Positions 28,147-38,281 are shown, counted from the first letter of the stretch. The stretch: 64,000 nucleotides of DNA from Minisyncoccota bacterium (GCA_028711065.1 JAQTSY010000005.1:7656-71655); one strand, 5' to 3'. Numbers and translations: made by a program. Notes: generated by a model not told the origin, from the letters alone.

Positions 28147-29649
28147 TTATTTGCCATTCCCTCCTCCATTCCGCATAAATTTCTTCTTGAGCCGTATGGT
28201 GGTCTTGTAAAGCTCAATATATTTTTGCGCTGGAATGATCCATGAATTCGCCTGTTGGAGGCAGAAGACGACAAGGTCTCGCCATGTATCTTTGTATTTA
28301 TACGTTTCAAGGGCCCGGACGATGGCGATCAAAAGATTTCCGGAGTCGTATCTCGGAAAAGTAAAGCCATTTCCAGTCTGCTCGTACGGATCAAAATCGG
28401 TGATGGTATCAGCAAGCCCGCCGATATGGTGAACGATCGGGATACAGCCGTAGCGGAGGGCGATGAGCTGATTGAGACCGCACGGTTCAAAACGCGATGG
28501 CAAAAGAAACATATCGGAGCCGGCGTAGAGAGACGTCTCCATATTACTATCAAAAGGTATGAAAGCGAATTTCTTGGGAAATTCTTTTTCGACAGACAAA
28601 AGCATATCGCTCAAAGCCTTATCTCCATCTCCCATGATGATGATCTGCGCATTCAAGCGCAAAATAGTAGAGACCACCAAAGAAAAAAGATCGAATCCTT
28701 TCTGATTGGTAATGCGGGACGTCATGCAGATGAGCGGGACTGACTCATCGACTTCCAGACCGTACTTTTTCTGAATATAAAGCTTATTATCTTTTTTTCT
28801 TCCAGCAGACTTGTCACTGTAATGCTGAACGAGACCGGGATCAGTCAGGGGGTTGTAGTCGTCGTAATCAATACCGTTTACGATTCCAAAGACAATTTTC
28901 TCGCGATTTTTAAGAACACGATTCAATTCCTGGCCGAAGTCCTTGGTCATGATTTCCTCTCGATACGTCTCTGATACGGTATTGATCGCATCGGCGTTCA
29001 TAATTGCTCGTTTGGCGAAATTGATCTTTTCAACCCTATCCACGTCGTCGAAAGTCGGCAATGAAGAAGTTCCGGGATCTCGCTCCCCTTCAGGAATTGC
29101 CCACCAGTCGTGGCCCAGCTGGAATGCAAGATTATGTATCGTGAAAAGGCATGCGGTGTCATGCCAAAATTCGTCTTTTTTATATCTGCCTCGCAAAAAA
29201 TAAGGAATGAGCCCTGTGTGCCAATCGTGACAATGAAGCACATTCGCTTTCAGATTGAGAAGTTTCAGAAGATGGAGCGCTGCCACATCGAAGAAAAAGA
29301 AGCGGGCGTTGTCGTTTACGGCACCGTAGAGAGTATTTCGTTCGCCGAAAAATTTCTTGCTCGCGACGAAATACACGGGAACATCGCTTGAAGGAAGCAT
29401 TCCCTTCAAGAAACTAACTTCTTCCCAAATGCCGGGAGAAAGTTCTACGTGTTCATTTTCTGCAACAACCTCAAGCGTCTGACCTTCGACGTTGATGATA
29501 TTCTCGTAGTAAGGAGTGATAATGAGAACGTTATGGCCAAGCTCTCGATGAGCGCGAGGAAGGGAGCCTCCAATCGTGGCTAAACCGCCGCTTTTGGAGA
29601 ATGGCTGGACTTCAGAGATGATATGGGCGATCGTAAGTCGTTGGCGCAT
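28147..29649 (-). CDS. glgA: Glycogen synthase
   Basis: KSGGL, HCHDWHTG, TIHNLAFQ, GIVNGID, PSRFEPCGLNQ. Confidence 0.95.
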   Translation of the reverse strand: MRQRLTIAHIISEVQPFSKSGGLATIGGSLPRAHRELGHNVLIITPYYENIINVEGQTLEVVAENEHVELSPGIWEEVSFLKGMLPSSDVPVYFVASKKFFGERNTLYGAVNDNARFFFFDVAALHLLKLLNLKANVLHCHDWHTGLIPYFLRGRYKKDEFWHDTACLFTIHNLAFQLGHDWWAIPEGERDPGTSSLPTFDDVDRVEKINFAKRAIMNADAINTVSETYREEIMTKDFGQELNRVLKNREKIVFGIVNGIDYDDYNPLTDPGLVQHYSDKSAGRKKDNKLYIQKKYGLEVDESVPLICMTSRITNQKGFDLFSLVVSTILRLNAQIIIMGDGDKALSDMLLSVEKEFPKKFAFIPFDSNMETSLYAGSDMFLLPSRFEPCGLNQLIALRYGCIPIVHHIGGLADTITDFDPYEQTGNGFTFPRYDSGNLLIAIVRALETYKYKDTWRDLVVFCLQQANSWIIPAQKYIELYKTTIRLKKKFMRNGGGNGK

Positions 29650-29704
29650 AAAATGTGCAAGTGGGTACAATAATACCACATTTTCGGCCTATTTCAAAGG
29701 AGCA

Positions 29705-30148
29705 TCAACGAGTGCGGATCGGGTGGAGATGAGCAGCAATACCTATAGCTGCCGCAATAATAGCGATGTTTTTGATGATATATTGGCCTTCGAGAGTGGG
29801 GACCAAAACTGACGTCCAGACCATTTTCGGCAAGATAAAAAGGGGAAGAACGGTGGTGATCATGTGGATGAAAAGAAGCGGAATGACTACCCTCTCGAGT
29901 CCAGGGATAAGAAAAAGAATTCCGATAAGCATTTCAAAGAGGCCAAAGAATATAAGAAATGTCGGCGGATCCATGAAAGGCATGGTTGAGTGAAGGAGCG
30001 TCTTCACCATAACTGACGCTGGACTAAGCCCCAGAACTTTTAAAGCTCCGAACCAAAAGAAAACCAGAAAAATAGAAAACCTTGCGAGAGGAATAGAAAT
30101 CTTCCTAAGAAAATGAAGGATCTTAAGGTCAATTTTCCTAATGTTCAT
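29705..30148 (-). CDS. DoxX/YkgB(DUF417)-like membrane protein
   Basis: FFWFGALK and GQYIIKN motifs; 4 TMs. Confidence 0.75.
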   Translation of the reverse strand: MNIRKIDLKILHFLRKISIPLARFSIFLVFFWFGALKVLGLSPASVMVKTLLHSTMPFMDPPTFLIFFGLFEMLIGILFLIPGLERVVIPLLFIHMITTVLPLFILPKMVWTSVLVPTLEGQYIIKNIAIIAAAIGIAAHLHPIRTR

Positions 30149-30170
30149 GCTTTTATTGTATACTGTCCTT

Positions 30171-30611
30171 ATGCTCGAAACAAACACACAAGCCCCAGAT
30201 TTCACCCTCCCCGATCAAAATGGAAAGGTACATACTCTTTCGGGGTATAAAGGGCAGTACATTCTTGTGTATTTCTATCCCGAAGATGATACCCCAGGCT
30301 GTATCAAGGAGGCCTGCGCAATCAGAGAGGTGTACGGAGATTTTGAAAAAAATAATATAAAAGTTTTCGGAATCAGCGCCGATACAGTAGACAGCCACAA
30401 AAAATTTGAAGAAAAATATGGACTCCCCTTTACACTTCTTTCCGACCCAGAGAAAAAGGTCATTCTGCCCTATGGCTCGGGCACAATTCTGACAAAAAGA
30501 ATTTCATATCTCATTAATCCTGAAGGAGTAATCGTCAAAGCATACCCGAAAGTGGATCCCGTCCATCACGGAGAAGAAATACTGAAAGACGTTTATGCTC
30601 TCTCAAAATAA
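30171..30611 (+). CDS. bcp: Peroxiredoxin Bcp/PrxQ
   Basis: APDFTLPDQ, YFYPEDDTPGCIKEAC, FTLLSD. Confidence 0.9.
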   Translation: MLETNTQAPDFTLPDQNGKVHTLSGYKGQYILVYFYPEDDTPGCIKEACAIREVYGDFEKNNIKVFGISADTVDSHKKFEEKYGLPFTLLSDPEKKVILPYGSGTILTKRISYLINPEGVIVKAYPKVDPVHHGEEILKDVYALSK

Positions 30612-30624
30612 AACGGGAGGAGAT

Positions 30625-31020
30625 CTAAATCACACCTTGCCTCTTTTTCGCAAGAAACATATCGAAAGATAATTCCGGAGCATCTGCCATTGCGATAGAG
30701 AGTGTCGCCAGTGCTAATCCGACATCTCTTATCGCGACCGAGCCATATCCTAGCGTGTATGCGATATCAAAAATATGAAGCGCTAAAACAAGAGCGACAA
30801 TTCTTGTTTGAAATCCGACGAGAAGCGCGATACCAAAGATGATCTCAAACCAGCTGTTTATCGCAATGAGAGTAAGCGGAGCGAATGGCAGAGATGTCGT
30901 CCAGGGAGGCAATATCTTCACCCACATTTGAGGATGGAGAAGCTGTTGCGTTCCGAACCACAAAAGCACGAAACTAATCGCAATACGAAGCACAAGTGGA
31001 GCATATTTTTTCATATTCAT
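30625..31020 (-). CDS. DoxX family membrane protein
   Basis: LRIAISFVLLWFG; EIIFGIALLVGFQTR. Confidence 0.8.
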   Translation of the reverse strand: MNMKKYAPLVLRIAISFVLLWFGTQQLLHPQMWVKILPPWTTSLPFAPLTLIAINSWFEIIFGIALLVGFQTRIVALVLALHIFDIAYTLGYGSVAIRDVGLALATLSIAMADAPELSFDMFLAKKRQGVI

Positions 31021-31033
31021 ATTATAAAATACA

Positions 31034-31447
31034 TTACTTCAAAACTCCAATAAGAAATGTCGCAAGCTCTCTCTCCGGACGTCCTTGTCCTCCATGCATA
31101 GCCATAAAAGCACTCGTACCATCTTTCCCGCAGATGGAAAGAATCGCATCACGCCCACCAGGGTGCTGGTCTATCCACATTGTCAAATCATACACATTGC
31201 CATTAATTGTCGTATAACAGCTAGTCGCGTCACTATGCGCCGATACATCTGCCAAAGTGTACTGTTTCGGACCACTCGAGACAGGAGAAGCTGCAGTAGT
31301 CGCCCCCGGAGTAGAGGAAACTGCAGGCACTTGAGTTGGAGTTGGCACCGTAAGATCAGGAGGAATGGAAGTTTGATTTGAAAACAAAAAGATACCCCCA
31401 ACGAGTAGAAGCACGACGATAATGGCTACAATGACATAAGATTTCAT
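31034..31447 (-). CDS. Membrane-anchored cytochrome b5-like heme-binding protein
   Basis: YTLADVSAH, VYDLT, HPGG, CGKDGT...H. Confidence 0.9.
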   Translation of the reverse strand: MKSYVIVAIIVVLLLVGGIFLFSNQTSIPPDLTVPTPTQVPAVSSTPGATTAASPVSSGPKQYTLADVSAHSDATSCYTTINGNVYDLTMWIDQHPGGRDAILSICGKDGTSAFMAMHGGQGRPERELATFLIGVLK

Positions 31448-31495
31448 AATAATAGCGAATATGTATACGATTATACCAGAAAATATGGTGCAAAC

Positions 31496-32125
31496 TTATT
31501 TCCTACTTGAGAGAGCAACTTTGATACCGAGAAGAATAAGCACGGCACCAGTAACTCGCTCAATATGATGCTGTACTTTTGAAATCTTTTCTTTGATAAG
31601 CGGATTTGAGAAAAATACAGAAACGAGAGAGAACCAAAGGAAGGTCATCACCACCATCTCTACGCCGTAAAGGCCTTCAATAAGTCTTGGTGTCCCGGGA
31701 TTTATGACTTGAGTGAAAAGGGCCAGCATGAAAAGTGTTGCTTTCGGATTTAATACATTCGTAAGAAATCCGATTCGAATCGCAGACAGTGGACTGATTT
31801 CTTTTTCTGCTTTCAGAATCTCTTCCGCTTTTTCTGCTTGGGGCTTTGCTCGGAGAGATTTATATCCAATATAAATAAGATACCCCGCGCCCAGATATTT
31901 TATAACATTAAATAAAAGAATGGATTGTGAAATGAGAAGCCCAATACCCAAGAGACAATAGGTGACGTGTACTGCAATTCCAAACCCCAACCCAAGAGAG
32001 GTATAGACTCCCACTTTCCTCGAATAAACAAGGCTGTTTCTTGTTACCATGACAAAATCAGGTCCGGGACTCATGACCGCAAGAAGATGGACTATAACAA
32101 CAGTAAAAAATTGGGCTAAATACAT
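31496..32125 (-). CDS. LysE/RhtB family translocator
   Basis: SPGPDF, GAGYLIYIG, TNVLNPKA. Confidence 0.92.
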   Translation of the reverse strand: MYLAQFFTVVIVHLLAVMSPGPDFVMVTRNSLVYSRKVGVYTSLGLGFGIAVHVTYCLLGIGLLISQSILLFNVIKYLGAGYLIYIGYKSLRAKPQAEKAEEILKAEKEISPLSAIRIGFLTNVLNPKATLFMLALFTQVINPGTPRLIEGLYGVEMVVMTFLWFSLVSVFFSNPLIKEKISKVQHHIERVTGAVLILLGIKVALSSRK

Positions 32126-32167
32126 ATTTTTATCATAAAGATATTTCCAACAAGAGTCAAAGAAAGA

Positions 32168-32848
32168 CTAAGACCACGCTGGCTTTATGCCAAGTTCAGG
32201 TATCGCAAGATGCTCCGGAGTTTCAAGTATAAATTCCATAGCGCGTGCTACTTCTTCCGGTTCCATGCCACTTGTGAGATCTCTTTTTGAATTCTGTTTT
32301 TTCCAGAAAGCAGTCTTTATGAGCCCTGGGAAAAAGCCGACAACAGAAATCCCGAAGGGTTTGCAATCCATAGTAAGCGATTTTGTAAATCCGGTAATAG
32401 CCCACTTGGAAGTGTTATAGACAACGCGCTCGCTCGTTGCCGTGAGCCCCGCTTGAGAAATCACATTAATAATTCTTCCTTTTTTCTCTTTTTTCATGAA
32501 GGGTAAGACTGCTTTCGTAAGAAACATGGTTCCGACTGTATTCACATTCATCACCCGCTGAATATCTTCCGGAGTATTGTTTTCGATAGAACCTTCAACC
32601 AATATTCCTGCGTTGTTGATAAGATAATCGATCGTTTTATATTTCCCGATCACTCCTGCGACAGCTTTCTCAAGAGTTTTGTAATCAGAAACATCGCCAA
32701 TTACATGATCACAGCCGATTTCTTTCGCTACTTCAGAAGTCTTCTTTTCATCTCGGCACAAAATGATCACCTTATATTTCTTTGCAAACTTTTCTGCCAT
32801 AGCTCTCCCCAACCCTTCGCTTCCGCCGGAAATAAGAATTGTCTTCAT
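32168..32848 (-). CDS. Short-chain dehydrogenase/reductase
   Basis: SGGSEGLG, NNAG, YNTSK. Confidence 0.92.
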   Translation of the reverse strand: MKTILISGGSEGLGRAMAEKFAKKYKVIILCRDEKKTSEVAKEIGCDHVIGDVSDYKTLEKAVAGVIGKYKTIDYLINNAGILVEGSIENNTPEDIQRVMNVNTVGTMFLTKAVLPFMKKEKKGRIINVISQAGLTATSERVVYNTSKWAITGFTKSLTMDCKPFGISVVGFFPGLIKTAFWKKQNSKRDLTSGMEPEEVARAMEFILETPEHLAIPELGIKPAWS

Positions 32849-32849
32849 A

Positions 32850-33362
32850 TTATTTTATGACTTTATAATGCAGCTGAATTTCATTATCGGTGATCTTCTT
32901 AGAATCGATAAATTCAAGTTTCTTCTCGAAATCCAAACCATTGAAAAGAGGGATACCTTTCCCTAAGAGGGTCGGCTCGATATCAAGATACATTTCGTCT
33001 ACCAAATTCTCTGAGAGAAATGAGGCGTTGAGAACCCCGCCGCCAGCAACGATGACTGTCTTAAAATTTCTTAATAATTCAAGAGCTTCTTTGGGAGAAT
33101 GCGCAATCGAATGACTAGCGCTTAAAAGTTTAAAATCATTATGCGAAACGGCAATTATTTTAACTCCCGCTTCAAGAAATTCACGAAACTCTGAACCCTT
33201 TGAAAGTACCTCATAAGTTCTCCGTCCCACAACAAGGGCGCCGGACTGAGAAACCACGGCCACATAATTCAACAACTCTTCTTTTGTTAAGAAATCGGCC
33301 GAATCATCTTTTTTAGCAATCAGACCATTCGGAGTTATGCCCATATAGAGAATTACTTTCAT
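32850..33362 (-). CDS. Dihydrofolate reductase/RibD C-terminal family protein
   Basis: GRRTYE, VAGGG, LVDE, PTLLGKGIPLF. Confidence 0.88.
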   Translation of the reverse strand: MKVILYMGITPNGLIAKKDDSADFLTKEELLNYVAVVSQSGALVVGRRTYEVLSKGSEFREFLEAGVKIIAVSHNDFKLLSASHSIAHSPKEALELLRNFKTVIVAGGGVLNASFLSENLVDEMYLDIEPTLLGKGIPLFNGLDFEKKLEFIDSKKITDNEIQLHYKVIK

Positions 33363-33391
33363 GATAGAAAATTATAGCAGATAGGTCATTT

Positions 33392-33964
33392 TTATGCTTT
33401 TTGCCGGCCAAGAAGTATTGCGCCAGTAATCGCAAGATTAATTAAAAATATGTAGACAGGAAAGGCAAGAAGAACGAGATTAAAATTCCCAACTGCAAGA
33501 ATTGCGAAAAAACCACTTAAAAAATTTAGAACCCAGGCTAATATCGGTTCAGTAGTCGGATGTTCATAAGACTTAATCATTGTGAGCAAGCCCCCAGTAG
33601 CATCAATGAAAATGGCGACAAAAAGCGCTACAGCTGGTTCATTGGTTACATACCAAAGTATCAGACTTATGACAACTGCACAGAGTGCAATTTTATCTCT
33701 CTTTTGCATGCCCCCCATTCCGTATTTTGTTGCGAAGAAAAAGACCACAAGATCTCCCAATCCTTGGGTAGCGGGAAGCCAAAGAGAATGAGTTGCTCCT
33801 TTCACTAATTGCGTAAAAAAAGAAATACCTCCAAGGAGCGCCCAAATAAACCAAGAAGCTCGCTCCGGTCTCGTCTCATGCCTCAAAATCCCCACAATGT
33901 AGGGAATAAAAGCCACCGTCATGAAAATACCAGAAAGGTAACCGGAGTACTGGCTAAGCATCAT
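33392..33964 (-). CDS. Multi-TM membrane protein (PQ-loop/SWEET-like)
   Basis: AFIPYI...RPERASWFIW; about 7 TMs; ATGA overlap with the NUDIX stop. Confidence 0.65.
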   Translation of the reverse strand: MMLSQYSGYLSGIFMTVAFIPYIVGILRHETRPERASWFIWALLGGISFFTQLVKGATHSLWLPATQGLGDLVVFFFATKYGMGGMQKRDKIALCAVVISLILWYVTNEPAVALFVAIFIDATGGLLTMIKSYEHPTTEPILAWVLNFLSGFFAILAVGNFNLVLLAFPVYIFLINLAITGAILLGRQKA

Positions 33965-34401
33965 TTGATTATACCATCCCCAAAAGGAAGTCTTTTCAAG
34001 AATAATTCAATCTGATTTTTATGACCAAAAAAGAGTTCTTTCGGAAGATTCTTCAAATCAAACCATTTCCATTCGTAACAAAGTTCTGGTTCGGTAAGCT
34101 TCACTTCCCCCTTTACCCCTTCTGCGATCATGCCAACTTGAACATAATGGCGATTGTTCGTCGGGCCATTGTCGTTCGCAAGATTTGTAAACGTAAATTT
34201 CTCCGCTTCAAGCGAGGTCTCTTCTTTGAGTTCCCTCCTAGCGCAGTCAATCATATTCTCCCCAGTTTCAAGATGTCCTCCGGGAAGTCCCCAGAGTCCG
34301 TCGCCAGAAGTGTTCTTGCGCTGACCAAGCAAAAGTTTTCCGTCTTTTATAACGAAGACGTTTACACCAACTGGAAAAGTGGGACGTTCCTGCATAAACA
34401 T
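33961..34401 (-). CDS. NUDIX hydrolase
   Basis: PGGHLETGENMIDCARRELKEETSL. Confidence 0.92.
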   Translation of the reverse strand: MFMQERPTFPVGVNVFVIKDGKLLLGQRKNTSGDGLWGLPGGHLETGENMIDCARRELKEETSLEAEKFTFTNLANDNGPTNNRHYVQVGMIAEGVKGEVKLTEPELCYEWKWFDLKNLPKELFFGHKNQIELFLKRLPFGDGIIK

Positions 34402-35309
34402 TAATTCGAATTTGCTAGTAAAAGCTCCGTGAGATTTTCTCCTTTGAGATATACATCCATGATCTTCTCATGTAAAGTATACCTCCATTTTTGTATGTTC
34501 GGCCACTTTTCCATTCGGACTACCGACCAAACGCTTCGGCAAAAAATAAAGTCGTTTGCATAATCAGATAGTTTCGGAAGTCCTTTTGATTCATAGAGAG
34601 CGTCAATTTCGCTCCAGTAAAGTCCGACCTGCTGTTTTGAAAAAACATATTTCCCCATGTATTCATAATTCCCTTCGTGTGGAAAGAAAAAGATCTGGGT
34701 TATATTCGTCACCAAATCATAGCCAGCAGGAGCATGCGCGGTGCGTTCCCAGTCAATAACACCTTTCTCGAAAATATTGTGCGGATTAAAATCACCATGA
34801 GTAATGACGGTCGGTAGTTCTTTAATGTGGCTTTCCACTTTTTTCATGCAGCTTTCCGATTTCTCTTTAAGATGCGGAGCTTCTTTGAGAATAGTTTCGA
34901 ATTGAATAAGTTTCTGAAACGCTTCTTCATTGAAAGGATCTTTTGAAGCGGTTTGAAGCTGTGCTTCGGCATACTTTTTTGTTATTGCCAGGAGGCTCTG
35001 GAAAAGAAAGTCTGAAACTGATCCATTTTTAGCGAAATCTTCGGCGCAAAGCTGGCCGAAATGAAATTCGCCGAGAGAATTTTCGATAAAATAGCTTTTG
35101 TCTTCGTACTGCCCCTCAGAAATGATTCTTGCCATTGGGTAGCCAAAATGGACCAACTTTTTATGAAATTGAACTTCCTTCTCGATCAATTCTTTCGGAC
35201 CAATACGAAGGAATGTCCCGTTCCCTTTATAAATAGAAACGGGGACTTGATGCCTTGTACGCACATGAGTGTAGGACTTTCCTAGAACCGTAATTTCAGG
35301 TTTTTCCAT
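34401..35309 (-). CDS. APH/choline-kinase-like phosphotransferase
   Basis: HGDFNPHN (Brenner motif) and IDWE. Confidence 0.85.
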   Translation of the reverse strand: MEKPEITVLGKSYTHVRTRHQVPVSIYKGNGTFLRIGPKELIEKEVQFHKKLVHFGYPMARIISEGQYEDKSYFIENSLGEFHFGQLCAEDFAKNGSVSDFLFQSLLAITKKYAEAQLQTASKDPFNEEAFQKLIQFETILKEAPHLKEKSESCMKKVESHIKELPTVITHGDFNPHNIFEKGVIDWERTAHAPAGYDLVTNITQIFFFPHEGNYEYMGKYVFSKQQVGLYWSEIDALYESKGLPKLSDYANDFIFCRSVWSVVRMEKWPNIQKWRYTLHEKIMDVYLKGENLTELLLANSN

Positions 35310-35336
35310 TGGAACACAATATCACATTCCCGGAAA

Positions 35337-36644
35337 TTACTGATACTGTATGAAGCTTGGCCGAGGAATAAGCTTTAGAACTTCAGCAGGCGTCATCATT
35401 CGAGGACTCGGCGGTAAAATATCATTTTTATAGAAAAGTTTGAAGCCGGTGAATTGCACTGGGTTTAGATATTCATACGCATTATAGGTACCCATTTTTT
35501 TCCCTGGAGAGCCCCAACCGTCCATATCCATGACAACCTGCACTTCAGGAAGCGGTTTGATCTGCTTATAATTCGTCACCATTGCTTGGGTGTAGCGATG
35601 GACGATGAGCACTTTTGGCGGCAAATTATTTGCGCGGACTAGTCCCGCCAAATAATTTGCCGCCCAGTTTATATCTGTCGCATCCACAGTTCCCACGACA
35701 GTCCCCGGTCTCGCCTTGCTTGGCGCCATGGCAAATTCTGGATCAATCGCCAAGTGCACCTGTGGCATTTTCAAATATTTTTCAAGAAGCGGGACTTCTG
35801 TCTGTACCGTCGAGAGCCCGACTTGAACTTCGAGAATCACGATACCATTCACTTGGGAAGCAAGGTCAAGCGCGTGATCCATCTGGCTCGAAGGCATTCT
35901 CGCTCGATATTTTCCATCCGCCCCCGCACTTCCCTGCGCCGTCACGGCAATGTAGTCGATAGCGGGCATTACAGGGGTAACTGGATCGGCAATCTCCCAC
36001 TTGTGTATTTCACCTTGGAGCTTTGCGAGCATTTCAGCAGGAGGATACTGGCCAAGAACTCCCATGCCTTTCGCGTAGAAATTTCCGTAGTAAGCGATGA
36101 TGCGCTTGAATGGCAAGATGGCCCCACCAAGCGGGTAGAGAGGCTTTCCATCTGCATTTAGAATTTTTACCGGCCACAATTTGGGAACAACCCTCGGCAC
36201 TGTGGTGGTAGCTTTTTTTGTCGTCGAAGTGCCCACAAGGGTAGGCGTGGGAATAGTAGAAGAACCAATTTGAGTTCCATTATTCGCGAGTATCGCCATT
36301 CTTCTGTCGTAATCAACAAAATCTAGAACAATCGGGGTTGGGGTAGGCGAATCAGTAGATTCGGGGCTTGGCCCAAAACTATTTCTGATTTTCGAAATCG
36401 GCTTATAGTCAGCTACCACGTAGTTATTTTGACCAGGCAGCCAATTGGTATACCCCACAACGTATACGACAAAAATACCCACAAGAGAACAAAATGCCAC
36501 TATAAGAATAGGGAGCAGAACTTTCCTCGCTTTATTCTTCTTTTTCTTTTCCGTAGAAATAGTAAATGAAAAAAAATTTGTAAATGCTTTGCTTAGTGTA
36601 CCATATCTTTTTCCGCAACTGCCTTTCGCAAATACTCTTTGCAT
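35337..36644 (-). CDS. Membrane-anchored conserved hypothetical protein; start uncertain (ATG 36644 or ATT 36560)
   Basis: Basic N-terminus, TM, P/T-rich linker, then a globular domain (IIAYYG, HLAIDPEF, MDGWG, GFKLFY). Confidence 0.75.
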   Translation of the reverse strand: MQRVFAKGSCGKRYGTLSKAFTNFFSFTISTEKKKKNKARKVLLPILIVAFCSLVGIFVVYVVGYTNWLPGQNNYVVADYKPISKIRNSFGPSPESTDSPTPTPIVLDFVDYDRRMAILANNGTQIGSSTIPTPTLVGTSTTKKATTTVPRVVPKLWPVKILNADGKPLYPLGGAILPFKRIIAYYGNFYAKGMGVLGQYPPAEMLAKLQGEIHKWEIADPVTPVMPAIDYIAVTAQGSAGADGKYRARMPSSQMDHALDLASQVNGIVILEVQVGLSTVQTEVPLLEKYLKMPQVHLAIDPEFAMAPSKARPGTVVGTVDATDINWAANYLAGLVRANNLPPKVLIVHRYTQAMVTNYKQIKPLPEVQVVMDMDGWGSPGKKMGTYNAYEYLNPVQFTGFKLFYKNDILPPSPRMMTPAEVLKLIPRPSFIQYQ

Positions 36645-37468
36645 TCCTTGAAACACTCTTCGCAGCAAAGAAGTTTCGGAGAAGGGCGAAGCCTCGTATC
36701 AGAGCAATAATTTTCAGTTTGGGCTCCGCAAGAAAAACACTCTCCTATCGTAATTTTCTTCTCGGTTGGCGCGACATCAGTCGTCATTCTGTTATCAAAA
36801 ACAAAAAGCGTGCCCTTGAAATGTTTGCCGGGGTATTCTTGCATGTAGGTATGAATACCGTCTTTCAATTGATACACATTCTTGAACCCCTCACGTTTTA
36901 AAAGACATGTCGCCTTCTCGCATCGGATGCCTCCTGTGCATACTGTTACCACTTTTTTATCTTTAAGATCCGCGAGCTTGCCGAGCTTTTTCGGCAAATC
37001 ACGGAAATTCGATAATCCTGGATCGATCGTCTTGTCGAATTTCCCGCTTGCGATTTCATAATCATTGCGGAGATCAAGCACAACAAAATCTTCTTGGTCT
37101 TCGTACCATTTCTCTAATTCTGCCGAAGGAAGTGCTGGCGCTGTTTCATTTTTCACGTCAAATGTCCCCGCGCCGAGCGTGATGACCTCACTTCGAATTT
37201 TTATTTTTAATTTAGGAAATGCTTTTCCATCCCCTGCGCTTTCTTTTACCAAAATGTCGGAAAAAAATGGTTCGCTCCGAAGAAACGCTTTGTAAGCATC
37301 TATTGCTCCCCGAGTACCCTCGAACGTTGCATTGACGCCTTCTTCTGCGAGAAGCATGCGCCCAGAAAGTGAGAGCTCGGTACATTTTTCCCTGTGTGCC
37401 TCTGCTACTGTCTCCAGATTTGAGAGAGATCCAAATTTATAGAAAAGGATAACGACGTATTCTTTCAT
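36593..37468 (-). CDS. trhO: Rhodanese-domain tRNA U34 hydroxylase (YceA/UPF0176)
   Basis: LFYKF, GRMLLAEEGVN, DLRNDYE, CTGGIRCEKA, FVFDNR. Confidence 0.9.
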   Translation of the reverse strand: MKEYVVILFYKFGSLSNLETVAEAHREKCTELSLSGRMLLAEEGVNATFEGTRGAIDAYKAFLRSEPFFSDILVKESAGDGKAFPKLKIKIRSEVITLGAGTFDVKNETAPALPSAELEKWYEDQEDFVVLDLRNDYEIASGKFDKTIDPGLSNFRDLPKKLGKLADLKDKKVVTVCTGGIRCEKATCLLKREGFKNVYQLKDGIHTYMQEYPGKHFKGTLFVFDNRMTTDVAPTEKKITIGECFSCGAQTENYCSDTRLRPSPKLLCCEECFKECKEYLRKAVAEKDMVH

Positions 37469-37506
37469 ACCCGTACTCTAGCAAAATTTCAGCGAAACAG
37501 CCACAC

Positions 37507-38271
37507 TTATTTTTCTTTCATATAACTCTCGAATCCTGTGGTCATAACAGCCTGTCCGTCTTTGTCTATTTGATACGCCTCAAACCCAGGAAGTTTTTCT
37601 AAAAACTCAATTCCTCTCGTCCCCATTGCAAACGCGGCAGTGGCAAAACGATCAGCCTCATATACATTTGGTCCTATCACAGTAAGACTTAAAATTCCGT
37701 CTGAAGGTGCGGCTTTTTTTACGGGATCATAAATATGCGTCCCTCTTTTGTAAGTGCCAGATGTGGCCACTCCTTTATCGTCTAAATAAATAATCTTCAC
37801 AATATCCCCTCCTCTCTCGTCCTTTCTTTTAAATGGGTTTTCTATACCGACACTCCACAATCCTCCTACAGAATTCTTTCCGCTTACTTGGATATCTCCG
37901 CCGATCTCAACGTAAAAGTTTTTAATGCCTTTGCTTTTTATGATCTCTGACGCCTTCCATATCGCCCAGCCTTTCACCATCCCTGAGGGATCAATAAATC
38001 CTTTGGGCGTTACGATATCAAAGTATCCTTCTGTCTCTTTTCTTGTTTTTTCAGACAGAGCGATAACTTCTTTCATATCCGCGCTCCATTTCTCTTTTGG
38101 AATTTCTCGGCGATTGATGGCGCTTATCTCACTTGTAGTTTTATAAGTGCTAAACTTTTGATCAACATAAGTAAAATAGGAAAAAACTTCCTCGAAAATC
38201 CCCGGAATAATTTCCCTATCGTTTATATCGATGCCAACTGGCATTCCCATAATTATCTGTTTCTCTCGCAT
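37507..38271 (-). CDS. apbE: FAD:protein FMN transferase
   Basis: SEISAIN, DPSGMVKGW, EIGGDI, ATSGTY, HIYDP, ADRFATA. Confidence 0.9.
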   Translation of the reverse strand: MREKQIIMGMPVGIDINDREIIPGIFEEVFSYFTYVDQKFSTYKTTSEISAINRREIPKEKWSADMKEVIALSEKTRKETEGYFDIVTPKGFIDPSGMVKGWAIWKASEIIKSKGIKNFYVEIGGDIQVSGKNSVGGLWSVGIENPFKRKDERGGDIVKIIYLDDKGVATSGTYKRGTHIYDPVKKAAPSDGILSLTVIGPNVYEADRFATAAFAMGTRGIEFLEKLPGFEAYQIDKDGQAVMTTGFESYMKEK

Positions 38272-38281
38272 CAATTTTTCT

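Noticed and set aside
34401-35309. Aminoglycoside resistance gene
   Set aside because: Only the general APH/choline kinase fold motifs are visible; nothing indicates antibiotic specificity.
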